Source of the DNA: an uncultured Planctomycetota bacterium
GTDB lineage: Bacteria; Planctomycetota; Planctomycetia; Isosphaerales; Isosphaeraceae
Reading direction: 5' to 3'
DNA: 64,000 nt
Assembly (NCBI GenBank): GCA_963845755.1
Contig: CAWJTV010000006.1
Location: 1-64,000, forward strand
The translations under genes and the position numbers were made by a program. The first letter of the stretch is position 1. Every line of letters starts with the position of its first letter. The notes under the pieces are model-generated. The model was given only the letters and a program-made list of their open reading frames with translations, was not told the origin of the DNA and searched no databases. This document shows positions 51,622 to 63,262 of this stretch, in pieces.

Positions 51622-51994
51622 TCTCAACACTAAATGAGGCTTTACACCAGGGATTCGACGTAAGTCCCAAAACGACGCCTCAGAGTCCGGGTGATCCTCA
51701 TCCGCACATGATACCGCGCCACGACGAATCCCGCACCAGGCCCGAGACGTCCATTCGCTGCCAACTGACCGGATCGGTAAGGCATAGCCGCTACTGAACA
51801 TCGACACCCCAATTGACAGCGATCAGCGAGTAAAGTTACCCCCTTTGCGGACGAGTTATTTTACTGTACTAATGTGCGCAAAGGAAACGAACGTTCGTTT
51901 CATCGCTGATTGACCGCTGTCCGGCAACCGAAAAGAGAAGGACGAAACCAATGAAATCTATCGACAGCCGCCATTCCCATCCGGGGCTCTTCGC

Positions 51995-52558
51995 ATGACC
52001 CCATGGCTGCTGCATCAATCGCTGGCACCGGATGAAGAAGCCCACATCCGCCAACTCCCTGCGCTGGAATTGCCGCTGGGCGACGCGCCCGACCTTACAG
52101 GGATCACCAGCATCGCCGCCTGCCGCAGGCGACTGGCGGCGCTCTATCCCGAGGAGCCGCCGGAAGCGCTGGCGCGGCGGCTGGAGCGCCTGTGGAGACT
52201 CTACGGTGGCGTGCAGAAGGAAGACATCCTCGCCGTCCCGCTGCGAAACCACAAAGCGCTGGCGCTGGCCGAGGTCAGCGGGCCATACCGCTATGAAACC
52301 GGTGGAGATGGTCGTCCCCGGCACCTCATTCCGGTCACCTGGCACGACAAGACCCTGCGCATCACCGGCTCGTTGAAGGACGCCATCGACCGCAGCGGCC
52401 AAGCCATGGCGGAGATTGAACACCTCGACGCGCGCCTCGCCATCCGCGACCGGCTGCCGCATGCCCACAACCGCTTCGCCAGGTGGAAATGGCTGATGGC
52501 CATGTTTACGGTGCTGGGTGCCCTGGGCATTGTCCAGCAGTTCGCGTGGCGGCACTAA
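51995..52558 (+). CDS. Protein resembling the N-terminal domain of Mrr-type restriction proteins, with a C-terminal TM helix
   Basis: 'DLT...LAALYPE...LWRLYGGVQKEDILAVPL...AEVSGPYRYE...RHLIPVTW'; hydrophobic tail. Confidence 0.55.
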   Translation: MTPWLLHQSLAPDEEAHIRQLPALELPLGDAPDLTGITSIAACRRRLAALYPEEPPEALARRLERLWRLYGGVQKEDILAVPLRNHKALALAEVSGPYRYETGGDGRPRHLIPVTWHDKTLRITGSLKDAIDRSGQAMAEIEHLDARLAIRDRLPHAHNRFARWKWLMAMFTVLGALGIVQQFAWRH

Positions 52559-52629
52559 AGATGAAACCGGATGCACCACATCAATTCGCGAGCGTAGCCA
52601 TGGATAATCTTCTGACGGTCGCCTTCGAG

Positions 52630-52655
52630 GCCTTATGCTGAGCTCAGCATAAGGC
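52630..52655. repeat. Perfect 26-bp palindrome next to the RIT end
   Basis: GCCTTATGCTGAG|CTCAGCATAAGGC. Confidence 0.9.
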
Positions 52656-52746
52656 TTCTAATGCCCAGTCCCCTATTATGCGGAGTCCGCCCCCGCCGGC
52701 CCCTGGCTTCTGGGGCTGGCGAGTGCGACCGCTTTGCATAATCTGA

Positions 52747-53754
52747 TCACAGGCCCTCCAGGAACTTCAGCACCTCATCGTGCGCCCGATAACGCAGCGG
52801 AAGGCTCGGCATCTCCTCGATCCGCGACAGCGCCTGCTCCTTCAAGGCCAGATTTGCCTCGATGTACCGGTGTGTCGTTGCCGTCCCCTCGTGCCCCAGC
52901 CACAACGCGATCACCGTGATATCGACCCCCGACTGCAGGAGGTGCATCGCCGTCGTATGTCGGAGGGTGTGCGGAGAGATCCGCCGCCCCTTCAACGTCG
53001 GGCACTGGGCACCTGCGATCTTTACCGCTTTCTGAAGGCGTTCTTCCACTCCCGAGCGGGAGAGCGCGCCGCCATGGGTGTTGGGGAACAAGGGCGACGA
53101 GGGCTCTGGGCCGATCCGCGGCAGCCACTCCTTCAGGCGGGCCGCCGTGCTGGGCCACAGCGGAATAACCCGCTGCTTCCGGCCCTTGCCTTCGATCCGC
53201 ACGGTCCGCGATGGGCTCAGCTCCACGTCCGACCGCCGCAAGCCGATCGCTTCGGAGACCCGAATGCCGGCGTTGTACATCACCGCCCAGAGGACCCGGT
53301 CCCGCTGGCCGCTTCAGGTCGATTCGGCCGGAGCGGCGAGGATCGCCGCCATCTCCTCCCGGGACAAGTAACCCAAGAGGCGATGCTGGAACCGCTTGGT
53401 CGGGATGGCCAGGACGCGATGCACGGCGAGCAGACAGGTCGGGTCGCGGGCAGACGCGTACTTTAGGAACGAGCGCAGCGCCGCCAGGCGCACATTCCGT
53501 GTGGCGATGGAATTGCCGCGCCCACGCTCCAGATGGTCCAGGAACGCGAGGACCGCCGGGGCATCCAGGTCGGCCAGCGTGAGCGCCGTCGGGGCCCGGC
53601 CCCGGTGATCGGCGAAGTAGCGTAGCAAGAGGCGGAACATGTCGCGGTAGGACGCCACGGTGCGGGCGCTGGCATTCTGCTGGGTGATTAGTCGCTGGCA
53701 GAAGAACTCCCGGACGAGCGTGGCGAAGTCGGAGGCGGTTGCCGTCGTGCTCAT
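52747..53754 (-). CDS. RIT tyrosine recombinase C (frameshift near 53315)
   Basis: 'GIRVSE', 'GKGRKQR', 'HTLRHT', 'WLGH...TTHRY'. Confidence 0.9.
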
Positions 53755-54707
53755 GAGGGGACTCCTTGATCGGGGGCGGCGAACTGCTCGAACCGGGCCG
53801 CGGCCAGGGCGAGCAGTTCGGGGATGGCGGTAAGGTACCAGTAGGTGTGCTTGACCTGGGCGTGACCGAGGTAGGTCGCCAGTGTGAGGACGGCATGGTC
53901 GAGATCCACGCCTTCGGCATACCAGCGCAGGAGGCGCCTGCAGGCAAACGTGTGACGAATGTCATGGATCCGCGGCGCGCGCCCATCGGGACACGCGGGG
54001 CCGGGCAGGTGCGCGCGGAGACACCGAAACGTGTACTCAACGGCCCGGTAGGAAAGGGGAGCGCCACCTTCGGAGACGAAGAACGCAACGGTTGCCGGGA
54101 GGGGATGGCAGCCGTCCCGGAAGCGCGCGTAGGTGTCCAGGGCCTGCACGGTCGTGGGATGCAGCGCGATCAGCCGCGATTTGTGGAACTTCGTATCGCG
54201 AATCAACAGCGTCCCCTGGCCCCGATCGATGTTGTCACGGGTCAACCCCAAGGCCTCCGAGATCCGCAATCCGGTGCAGCTCAGCAGGCCGATCAGCGTC
54301 GCATAAGTCCTCTGGCGCAGGCCGGTCGGCGACCTCAACCGGCGGGCGGCGGCCAGCAAGGCTCCCAGCTCGGACTCCGTGTAGATGTGGGGGGTGGGCC
54401 GGCGCGGGGCCGGGCCCAGCAGGCCCTCGGCTGGGATCTCGGTGCCGGGGTCGAAGATGGCGCGGTAGCGGGCAAAGACGGGGACCACGCCGAGCCGCCG
54501 GGCCTGGTAGATCGGCGTGGCGTCGGCCGGGAGCCGGGCCCAGCGCACGGCCAGTTCCGTCGTCAAGGGTCCGCGATGACCCGAGTCGTCGGCATAGCGG
54601 GCGAACGACCGGAGCGCCCAGCCCTCGAAGTGGAGCTGCGCGCCGAGCCGATGCCGGGACTCGAGATACGCTTCAACCAGTTCGGTCATCGAGCGGGATT
54701 CGCTCAT
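53751..54707 (-). CDS. RIT tyrosine recombinase B
   Basis: 'TGLRISE', 'TKFHKSR', 'HDIRHTFA', 'YLGH...TYWYL'; ATGA overlaps on both sides. Confidence 0.9.
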   Translation of the reverse strand: MSESRSMTELVEAYLESRHRLGAQLHFEGWALRSFARYADDSGHRGPLTTELAVRWARLPADATPIYQARRLGVVPVFARYRAIFDPGTEIPAEGLLGPAPRRPTPHIYTESELGALLAAARRLRSPTGLRQRTYATLIGLLSCTGLRISEALGLTRDNIDRGQGTLLIRDTKFHKSRLIALHPTTVQALDTYARFRDGCHPLPATVAFFVSEGGAPLSYRAVEYTFRCLRAHLPGPACPDGRAPRIHDIRHTFACRRLLRWYAEGVDLDHAVLTLATYLGHAQVKHTYWYLTAIPELLALAAARFEQFAAPDQGVPS

Positions 54708-55961
54708 AGCTGCTCCTCCGGCCAGGGCAATGCGACCGCGGCGAGGGCCGGCAGGTCGACCTTGGTGTAGATGGCGGTGGTATCGAGCGAGAGGTGTCCG
54801 AGGAGGTCGGCCACCTCCTTGAGGCTGGCGCCATGGCGGTGCAAGCGGGTGGCCGCGGTGTGCCGCAGAACGTGGGTGCCGGCCCACTGGGCGCACCCGT
54901 TCAACCTGAGCATAAGCACGATGCATCGCGGCACAGATCGAATGTCGGCTAATGGCCGTCCCGACCGGCAGGGTGTGGCGGACGAAGACCCGACGGCAGG
55001 CTGTCACGGGTCGGCCCGGCCGGAGGTACTCCGCGATCGCGCAGCCGACCCCCTCCGATAGGGGCAATTCTCTCACCCGACCCCCCTTTCCGCTCACGAC
55101 GCGCAGGATGCCCCCGCGCCAGTCCAGTTCCTCGAGGCACAGCGCCGCGACCTCGCCGCCGCGTAAGCCAAGGTCAACCTGGCAGCGGGCCATGGCATAG
55201 TCGCGGCAACCCGCAGGGGTCGAACGGTCGAATGCGTCCAGGAACCGGCGAAGCTGGTCATCGGACATCGTCCGGGGGAGACGATCCAGCGACCGGCGCG
55301 GGATGCGCGGGACGGCGGCCACCAACGTCGGGGCACAATAGCCGTGGAGTTGGAGGAACCGGAGGAGGCTGCGCAAGGAGCTGGCCACCACTTGGGCTTT
55401 ACCGGGTCGACAGCGGGCAGCGTATCCCTCGACGAAGGTGATCGGGTCCGCGGGACGGAGGTCTACCCAGTCGAGCGGCCCGTCGCCGAACTTGCCGCCC
55501 AGGAACTCGCGGGCGTACTGGAGTCGATAGGAGCACGTCACCTCAGTCAAGCCGCAGATATCGCGGAGGTGCTTTCGATAGCTATCGAGCACCACATCGA
55601 CCGGGGACGGAGGTGAGGCGGGCCGCGGTCGCTGCATCGGCCCACCGGGGAGCCGCATCAGGTGGTTTAGCGCGGCGAGGACGAAGCGGAGTGTGGTCGG
55701 CGCCGGGCCGGGGCAACGGCATGCGGGAAGATGATCGGTCAGGAACGAGCGGATGGTTACCCGGCTGAGTTCCCCAATGGCCAGGTGCTCGGACGCGAGC
55801 CAGCAGCCGAAGTGCTCGACGGATCGAACATATTCCTGGATGAGGTGCGGGGGATGCCCGCGCGCGATGAGGTAAGCGACGTACTCCGGGACCCACCCTC
55901 CCAGAGGATTGGCCCGGATGCGATCCCGGACGCTGGGGCGACGGAAGACGTGGTCGAGCAT
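54704..55961 (-). CDS. RIT tyrosine recombinase A (frameshift near 54905)
   Basis: 'LGLRGGEV', 'GKGGRVR', 'HVLRHT', 'LLGH...TTAIYTKVD'. Confidence 0.9.
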
Positions 55962-56030
55962 GGATGCCCTCCTTTCGGGTTGCAAGACCGTCGGAGAGCA
56001 TCGCGGATTTTGGGGGCCATCTCAAAGAAC

Positions 56031-57043
56031 TAGAGCCGCCTTACGTTTGCATTGCATACGCCGCACGGTGTCCGAACCAGCCCGCGATATCCTCGGGAGT
56101 CACGTCATGCAAGGCCGAGACGAACGCCGCATAGACCGCCTCCTTCGTCCGCGCCGCCATCGATCGCATCGCACCTTTAATCTTCGAGGCCATCTCCTCA
56201 TAGGGCGTCAGGTCCGGACTCCACGGCGGCAACGGCACCAAGTCGGCCCCGGCCCCCGCGACAGCCTCGGCCGCCTCCTCCGACTGGTGCGACGACAGGT
56301 TGTCCCAGATGACCACGTCGCCGGGCTTCAACTCCGGGACCAGGACATCCTCCACGTAGTTCTCGAACATGGCCTGATTGGTGGCGCCCGGGAAGGCCAA
56401 CGCCGCCGTCACCCCGGAGAGGCGAACCCCGCAGGTGAGCGTGATCGAATCCCAGTGGCCGGGGGTATCGGTGTAGACGCGCTGGCCCACCGGGGCACGG
56501 CCGTAGGTCCTCGTCATGGACGTGTTGGCCCCGCATTCGTCCACGAAAACCAGCCGGTGCGGGTCGATGCCGGAGAGGGCCTCACAGAAATCCCGCCGTT
56601 TCTCCTGGACCTCCGGGCGATCCTGCTCGTTCGGCGCGGGACCTTCTTCTTGCGCGGCAACCCCAGCTTGTCCAGGGCGCGACAGATGGCGGCGGTGCTG
56701 CAAGCGACGCCGAGGCGCTTTTGCAACTCTTCGAGGGTGGCGTCGGGCTGCTGGCGGACCAACTCGCGGAGCCGCTCGTAATCCTCCGGTCCCAGCGCCG
56801 GCGGATGACCGCCGCGGTGGGGCTTGGGCGCGATCGAGCCGGTCCGGCGGTGGATCTGCAACAAGCGAACGACGAACGAGAGGCTGACGACGAAGCGGCG
56901 AGCGATCTGACGGATCGAGCCCTCGCCGCGCTCGACCGCGTCCAGGACGCGTTGTCGGAGATCGTGGGAATACGGGGACATGGGTCACCTCCTCACGAGA
57001 ATCTCCGTTCAAATCGTATGCCATCCAACCGTTCGGCGCTCTA
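56031..57043 (-). mobile_element. IS630-family element, copy 2
   Basis: Near-identical to 39238-40250; TA duplication. Confidence 0.9.
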
Positions 57044-57216
57044 ACAGGGCGAAATCCGGCTCAAAGGCGTCGATCTCGGCATTCGGCCGCTCTGAACTCC
57101 ACATAATCTCATCCCAGCCCCTCCAGGTTCGGACGCGTCTGAGGCTTCATCCCAAATTGCTTCGGTGTCGTCGGACCGACGCGCGCAGAGCTCCGTTCCG
57201 CAAAACGCCCGTGAAT

Positions 57217-57274
57217 CCAAAACTAACCGCGTCCCCGTTCCCGTCCCAAAACTGACCGCGCCTCCGTTCCCGTC
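57217..57274. repeat. 29-bp tandem repeat, two copies
   Basis: CCAAAACT(A/G)ACCGCG(T/C)C(C/T)CCGTTCCCGTC, 26/29 identical. Confidence 0.75.
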
Positions 57275-57289
57275 CCCCGCGTTTTTTAT

Positions 57290-58843
57290 GACACTCCTCG
57301 CTGAACACCACCGCGAGATTTGCCGACGATAAGCCGTTTTGCTCTTGAAAGTTAGGGCCTGCGTCCCCGTGAATGAGGATTGGAGACCCCTCACCACGGA
57401 GGACGCAAGCATGGGCACCGAAGCACCCACCATCGTCACTATACCGGTCCACTGCGCACCCAAGAAGGCCCCGTGTCCCCAGTGTGGCAAACACGGCCGC
57501 CGCAAACGGAAGCTGCCACCGCGCCGGGTCCGCACCGTCATGTACAAGGCGATCGCCTACCTGGAGATCACCTGCGGCGAGTATCAGGCCCGGTGTGCCT
57601 GCTGCACCACGTTCCGCAATACCCTCGATGATGTCCTCCCCAGGGCCCTCTACGACAACAAGGTCCGCGACTTGGTCCTGGACCGCATCCTCAAGGATGG
57701 AATGAACATCGAACAGACCTTGGAGTCGTTGCGCCGCGAGTTCGTCCTCGAGCTCTCCACGGGCTTCGTCTACGACGTGCTCCGCCAGCGGGTCGAACAA
57801 CTCAATTTGGCAGCGCATCGTCGGATGGTCCTGGAGCAGTTCAGCGGCACGCTCTGCGTCGATGAGTTGCACCTGGGGCGATTCACGTTGCTGCTGGCCA
57901 CCGACCCGATCCGCGACCTGCCGGTGGCCTTCGCCTTGGTCGGCGCCAATGATCAGGAGCACATGCGGCGGTTCCTTCAGAACCTCAAGACCTGGGGCCT
58001 GATGCCCCAGGTCGTCATCACCGACGGCTCGAATCTCTACCCGGCTGTGCTCGAGGGACTGTGGTCCGGGGCCGACCATCAGTTGTGCGTCTTTCACATC
58101 CTCAAGGAGATCAATAAGCTGGTCCTCGATGCCGTGCGGCGGCTGCGGATGGCGATGAGCGGCCGCGGCCGGGCCGGGCGAAAGAAGAAGCGGGGCCGCA
58201 AGCCGGCCCGGGGCCGCAAGCCGGCCCGGCGCCGCGCCGCGGCCCGGCGGGGCCTGACGCTGAAAGAGAAGTCGGCCTTCGTGTTCCGGCACCGGCATCT
58301 GATCGTCAAGCGCCGGGAGAAGCTGACCGAGTCCGAGCGGGACGATCTGGCGCGGATGGTCTCGTACCTGCCGGAATTGGTGACCCTGCGCCGCTTCGTC
58401 GATCGGATCTATTGGCTCTTCGACACGCCCAAGGACTACCATCAGGCGAGCTGCCGCCGGGCCGTGATCGTGAAGGATCCCGCCTTCCAGGGTGTCCCCG
58501 AGTTGGTCAAGGCGCTGGAGCAATTGAGCCTGGAGAAGTTCCCCAAGATCATGGCGTACTTGAACAATCCGGTGAGCCAGCGGGTGCGAACCAACAATCA
58601 CGTGGAGCGGACCAACCGGATGGTTCGGTCGTGGGAGAAGGTGCGGTACAAATGGCGGCGGCGGAAGACGCTGGTCCGGTTCGTGGTCTTGCGGCTGGAC
58701 GCGATCTGGAGCCAGGAGAGTTCGAGGGAGGCCCAGGAACCGAAGGCGCACAAGCTTCTGTCAGGACGAAGGACACAGCATCCTTCGGGTAAAGAATCAC
58801 GTCGAGCGGCGTGAGAATACGGTGGTGTTCGGCGAGGAGTGTC
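57290..58843 (+). mobile_element. IS with DDE transposase (57411-58814), ISL3/IS256-like; family uncertain
   Basis: 24-bp IR (23/24) GACACTCCTCGC(T/C)GAACACCACCG; flanks (T/C)TTTTTAT; CPQC/CACC, 'CVDELH', 'ITDGS', 'HQLCVFH', 'TNNHVER'. Confidence 0.85.
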
Positions 58844-58864
58844 CTTTTTATACCCTTTTTATAC

Positions 58865-59097
58865 TCGTGGCTCGGTTCACGAGTAATACGCGACACTCCC
58901 AGGAGCAGACCCACCTCTTGATCGAGGTCACGAGTGAGGCTAGCAAACATGCAGGGCTACTCACGGATTCGGTCATCTCCTGCGTAAATCTCGCGACCAT
59001 CCACGAGACTCGGATCGATCGAACGATCGGAAGCCTGCCTGCATCGGTCATGGCCCTGGTCGATGCCTGCCTGAGGGTAGCCTTGGCGTTGCCGTGA
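58865..59097 (+). pseudogene. PemK/MazF-type toxin, 3' fragment
   Basis: 'VARFTSN...GLLTDSVISCVNLATI...IGSL...VDACLRVALAL'; 5' part replaced by the IS. Confidence 0.7.
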
Positions 59098-59126
59098 TGC
59101 GGTCATAATGGTGGTCCCTTCGCGAA

Positions 59127-60529
59127 TCACTTCGGTCGCCATCCGCCCGAGGCGGAGGTGTCGGTCACGACCGGCGTCTTTCCCGTGTCCAGATCGGCCG
59201 AGCCGTCATCGGGCAGGGTTTGCAGATAGGTCCCCACCAGGGCTTGATCAGAAGACGGATCTGTCCCATGCTCTCGTCGGTACGTTTCTTCGGCCAGCGT
59301 CAGGATCAGGTCGTGATACCCCCTTCGTTCTCGATTACGACCGGATGGCGAATACCAATCGTTCAGGAACGGGTCGGTGTCCCAGGTCGTGAGGAGCCAG
59401 CCCGCGAGTTCCTGAGGGGTGAGCGCGCGGCGCCGGCCGGCGCCTGGGGACTGACGGGGTAGAGTAGCAAACCAATTCTCCCGGATCTCGCGTAGACTCG
59501 AACGGCCGGGGGCTTTGTCCGCATTGCCGGGTCTTCGACATGCCCAAGCCAATTGGCGAAGACCAGCCGGGTGGCCCGCCGGCTTCGTTCGGGCTCTCGC
59601 GATGCGAAGTGGTGCGCGATGAAAACGTAGACGGCCAGGTCGGGAGGGAGTTGATAGCTCCCCAGGCGATAATCGAAGTCGTCCCTCATCGAATTGGCGA
59701 CCTCGTCATGACGTGGCTGTTCCAGCATTCTCATGATGAACAAGTAATCCAGCTTAAGCGAGAAGGCATCCCACTCGGGCCTTGGCTGAGTCGTGATGGC
59801 CTCGTCCAGGGCCTGCCGAAGCAGCGGGACCGCGGTCCGCCGATCGGCGGACCAGCTCTCGAGGCGGGGCTTTACCTGGGCAAATAGTCGGTTGGCGATC
59901 GTTCGTTCGATCATGCTCCCCCGGCGTCGAAAGTGCGTCAACACGCGGAGCATCGCACGATAGCAGTCCCAGGCGCCGGCCTGATCACCGCGTTCCTCCC
60001 GCCGCGAGCCTTCCAGGAACGCCAACCAAGCCAGCTTGTCGGGCTCGACATACCGGTATTCAGGAAAGTAACCCCCGCCGACCCGCGATACGAGCCCATC
60101 CGATTGATTGGCAGCATCCTGAAACAGTGCGAGCGCTGGTCCATTCGCCTCGACCCATGCGCGGAGCCTCGGAGCGGCCTTCGACCAGCCGACCGTCGCT
60201 GCGCTGTCTCGCACCTTCTGCGGCAAGTCGGGCAGCGGTGTCAGCTTCTGATTCGCCCGCCGGAGAAACGTGAAGGCATTCTGCTCGTCGGGGATCTGGA
60301 ATCGCTGAAACGCTGCGACATCGAACGGATCGCCGATGTCCGGGAGCCCATTGAGGCTGTTCAGCCACCAGATCCCGAAGATCCCGGCGACCAGTGCCAG
60401 GAGGAGAGTCAGGACCAGAGTGATCCACGCGAGCTGTCGCAGCCGCTTACGCAGCAATTGAAGCATCTTCTGCGAACCGCGACTCGGCACTGCCGGAGGA
60501 GCTACGGTCACTTCATCCGAACTCGACAT
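59127..60529 (-). CDS. Membrane-anchored hypothetical protein (frameshift near 59430)
   Basis: N-terminal TM 'WITLVLTLLLALVAGIFGIWWL'; C-terminus 'LAEETYRREHG...LVGTYLQTLP' in another frame. Confidence 0.7.
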
Positions 60530-61151
60530 GCGACTGCCCTCTCCAGGTGTCACCGGGTGTCCGCGGGAATGCAGACGTCATTCCGATGGCAGTTTCCCGA
60601 CAATTGTAAGATCAGGAGGAGATCCGATCAACCGGCATCATCCATCCGGGTGCAGTCGCGTTCCTGTGGGTGCCGATCCAGGGGCAAGGCGACCCGTCCC
60701 CGGACGCTCGAGAGCGACCCCGCCGCCGATACCCAGAACGCCCCGCTCGACCGTCTCCGCTGACGAATGCCCCTGGCCGTTGCGACCCGGCCTCCGCTGG
60801 CCCTCCTGCCCGTACGGCCTCATCCCTTCCACGGGACGGCTCATCGGCGCGATCGGTCTCTCGACCGCCACGCTGCCGGTGCGCGTGGCGAATGAGTGCA
60901 GACCGAGGCTCGGCTGACCGCCCTCCGGCACAGGATCTTCGACGGCAAACTGGACCGGGCTCGGCCCGATTTCCTAAGGGAGGTGCGGTGGTCGGACGTT
61001 GCGGCCGCAGCCCGACAAAGTGGCCCTGGTACCCCTCCGAGCCTGGCGAGTGGCCCCGATCGGCGGTCCCAGCGAGCGCAAGCCGCGTGCCACCCTGTCG
61101 GCTCCGTGGCAGCCCTGAGGGTTGCGCGCTTCGGTGTCGTCGGACGAATGG

Positions 61152-62603
61152 GTGCGCCGTGGCCAAGGTTTGTCTGGTCTTGTCGGGAGTGCCCCGACCC
61201 CGCTGGAAGAAGGCGGGTCAAACGTTCCGCCTACCTTCAACCGAAAGGATCGAGGGGACCACAGCATGCGGAAGAAGCGACGTGAGGCCCAGCGTCAAAG
61301 GGCCAAGAGTCGTTCGCGAGTTAGGCCACGCAGGGGTAAGGCTGGATTGCTTGAACTCCAGTCCCAGGGGGTGTGACCGACCGCCGCCGGGAAAGACGCG
61401 GAAACCCGGATTCCTGTCTCCCGGGGATCGGCCATTCGCCCCCGTGATCTTCCGGCAGGACACACCCTGCAATGAGCAGGGGCAAGGGATCAACGGAGGC
61501 CCTCAACGTGGAACGGACCTGACAGACAACCACGGGATCGCCTAAAGGTCGCAAGGCCCAGGGCGACAGAGTCCCCGTAGTAGGCATCGGCCCAAGGGGG
61601 ACAGGACACAGGGCTTCACCAAGAACGGGGTGACTCGGATGAGTCATTCAGCCCTGCTCAGGCTTGAAGCGCTGCGGAAGTGGTTGGACCGTGACACCAA
61701 TGTAGATCCTGTGTCTGGAGAGCCGGATGCACGAAAACGGTGCGCCGCGGAACGCGGTGTTGAATCCCTGACTCAGACAGGAGGAGCTCGGAGGGTTGCT
61801 CCTGGGTCATCCGATTGACCTGAAGGCGAAAGCCGGAGGGGAAAGGAGCATGTCGGAAAAGCGGGGGCCACTGGAAGACGCTGAAGGTGTCGTCCCGCAA
61901 GACCCGCGTGATAGGGCGAAAGCTGCATTGCCTGAATCCCAATCCCCAGCGGTGGAAGACGCACACCCGCTGCTACAGCGTCTGGAATGCAGCGCCACCA
62001 GGGGCGGATCGTTCGCGTTTTGCGATCGGCCACCTCCGACTGGCGGGGCGATGAAGAACGACTTCATTGAAGGGGATGAGTGGGGCGCCTCAGTCACGCT
62101 CGATACGTTCAACACCAACGGAACGTGGGATGGCCTAACGGGCGCGAGCCCCAGGGTCACGGAGTCTCCGTAGTAGTCCGAGGTGGGGAAAGCCCACCAC
62201 ATGGCGAAGGGAGACAGGTAGTCTGACGACCGAGACGTCAAGGTACGCGAGATGCGGTACGCCGAAACGATCTTGGGAGTTATCAGCGAACGTGGCGGCA
62301 CACGTTCAAAGCATAGACCACTGGCGAGCTGCTTGAGATCGAAAGACTCACGAGCGGTTCTGAGGGGGGCGGACGGAAAAGGACACAGCCGGTTACCCGT
62401 CACTGCCGCGGCATGACGAGCCCATAAACGAACTCCGGCATAAGCCGCACCTCGCCGGCCGCCTACCCTACCCCGTCCGGTTCGATGAGCGGGGTGAGGA
62501 AACGGGGCATGGTCGAGATGGTGGGACACCCGCAGACGAAAGGGCGGGCTAACAGGGGAAAACAAACTTCGACCTAAACCACCGCGCCTCACCTCGACTC
62601 TAC
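61152..62603 (+). mobile_element. ORF-less group II intron 3 (outer)
   Basis: GTGCG start; DII/III motifs; RT stub MSHSALLRLEALRK; domain V split GAGCCGGATGCACGAAAACG // CCCGTCCGGTTC; ends CGACTCTAC. Confidence 0.8.
61740..62471 (+). mobile_element. ORF-less group II intron 4 (inner)
   Basis: GTGCG start; RT stub starting MRYAETILGVISERG; domain V GAGCTGCTTGAGATCGAAAGACTCACGAGCGGTTC; ends CCTACCCTAC. Confidence 0.85.
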
Positions 62604-63262
62604 ACGGAGAAAAAACCAACGGACTTGGCTCGTAGCCCCAGATCCACCGGGTTTTTCCTTCTCGAAACCCGTCTCTGGGGCCCTGATTCGAGAAATCGCA
62701 TTCGAGAACGGTTATCGAGAACCCAGAACTCGGGGAATTACGCGGGATCGGCCGAAACCCTTAAGGCTTCTCGATTACCATCGTTTGCAAGAGAGGCTCT
62801 GAACACCTGTTATCCGGAAGATCGTTGTTTTTTTCGCGATTACTATCGGAACCCCATGTCCGTCGCGCGGGCGCTCAAGAGTGGGCCTGCACCGGGCCGA
62901 ACCCCAGGAATCGCGGGAGAAAGGGTACCGCCTCAAGCATGGCGGCGATCGGACGGACGAGAGGCCTGGCGCGTGTCGCATCGCGAAGGGATTCCGTTGC
63001 TGCTCGATCGCCACGTCCGACCATCCGGATTGCTCGCCAAATTGTCATGCAATAGTATGATATATTCTCTGGTGCCACTGTAATCGCGCAAGTCGCTGGG
63101 GCCGTTCGATCACGGGCATTTCATGGGGCGGCAAAAGGTGGGGCGACGCAACGCCATTTTGGCTCGATTTTTGCGACATGTTGAAGATGGATCGTGCCGA
63201 TATGAGGCCCGCCTGGCAATGCCTTTCACCCGACAGGATTGCATCAAGAAAGGAGGTCCGCC

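Larger units (their letters stand above)
52675..57107 (-). mobile_element. RIT (recombinase-in-trio) element with IS630 in its leader
   Basis: Three overlapping tyrosine recombinases; inverted ends ATTATGCGGAGTCC (52675-52688) and GAACTCCACATAAT (57094-57107), 12/14. Confidence 0.85.

Noticed and set aside
53751..55985. 744-aa double tyrosine recombinase
   Set aside because: A frameshift near 54905 joins RIT A to B; the true A C-terminus is in the 54704-54934 frame.
62604..63110. AT-richer intergenic stretch with TCGAGAA repeats
   Set aside because: Repeats are short and irregular; no function can be assigned.
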